DNA of 63,359 bases, the filler included, from Folioceros fuciformis (taxonomy: Eukaryota): the NCBI GenBank assembly GCA_049999805.1. It is 10 parts of 10 records of this genome, joined end to end, with 100 filler letters (N's around TTAATTAATTAA, not from the genome) between each part and the next. Parts side by side here need not be neighbours in the genome. Positions count along the whole stretch, not along the records: positions 62,072 to 63,359 come from JBNGIO010000801.1; 9 more parts are not named here. The stretch is one strand, 5' to 3'. This document shows, piece after piece, positions 62,786 through 63,359 of the stretch (its first letter is position 1; each line of letters begins with the position of its first letter). The notes beneath the pieces were generated by a model. It worked only from the letters and a program-made list of their open reading frames with translations. It made no database searches and was not told the origin of the DNA. Both the position numbers and the translations under genes were made by a program.

Positions 62786-63359
62786 TGTCGCAGGTGTAGG
62801 GTTCTTAAAGCCCAATGTGCTTAGACTAATGTGTTTAGTCTAAGATTAGTGTCTAATTAAGTACCATTAGTTTAGATTAGCTTAAGCTAATATGTAGGAA
62901 GCTTCTTGTGCAGCTTCCTGTGGGCTTCTTGTGAAGTTTCCTAGGGAGCTCTGCTAGAGGGTATAAATACCCTCTTGAGCTCCCTTGTATGTGTGACTCT
63001 ATTGTGAGAGTGTGACCTTTCTTTCTCCTCTCCTCCTTGCCTCCTCCTCTCCTCTCCTCCTCCAAGTAGCTCCTAGAGTGTTCCTTCAAGTGGTATCAGA
63101 GCCTGGTTGTGGAACTCAAGTGGTGGAGCGAGATGGTCATGTTTGCAGATGCCACAGACAAAGATCTGTGACAAAGGACATATGGGAGGAGAACTGAACT
63201 CCGAGAGCGAGGGAGCCAAAAGCTCGAGGTGCCAGGAGTTCGAGGCACCGAGAGGGTGCTGCTAGGGGCATTTGCCCCGAGGCGCCATCGGCACCGGAGG
63301 TGCCCAGGCCAGAGGCCCGCCCGCCGGGCGCCCCAGCTGCCAGCTCGCAGGGAGCGGCC
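62786..63359 (+). mobile_element. LTR retrotransposon 5' LTR (ends about 63088), tRNA-iMet PBS (63091-63103) and start of internal region
   Basis: TATAAATA at 62962, CT-rich U5, ...TTCA-AG-TGGTATCAGAGCC. LTR start at TGTCG is a guess. Confidence 0.75.

Overview
Eukaryotic land-plant nuclear DNA, not prokaryotic. The window is 10 contigs joined by nine identical artificial 100-bp spacers (N44-TTAATTAATTAA-N44), so adjacency across spacers is not evidence of linkage. Compact genes with ~100-bp introns and GRP-like DYW:KP PPR genes point to a hornwort (Anthoceros-like); this is an inference, and fern or lycophyte is not excluded. Host genes: a MYND-finger/DUF4470-like gene resembling a mainly fungal family, a very large Q/S/G-rich gene with a long (QA)n tract, Mg-chelatase H (CHLH, no introns over 4 kb), two decayed PLS-PPR genes of the DYW:KP (U-to-C RNA editing) type, a spliced gene resembling cyanobacterial SomA/OprB porins, the 3' half of sucrose-phosphate synthase, a small unknown probably plastid-targeted gene, and a SPARK-domain URK-2/ARK-like receptor kinase. 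Repeats: a decayed L1-type LINE, a Mutator-like element with long TIRs, a CRE-like non-LTR remnant, Copia and Gypsy fragments, and minisatellites. A pseudouridine-5'-phosphate glycosidase C-terminal fragment, missed by the ORF track, lies in repeat DNA at the window start. All family assignments come from motif recognition by eye; no searches were run. No complete novel multi-gene system is demonstrated; the best leads are the porin-like gene, the DYW:KP pair and the fungal-like MYND gene.
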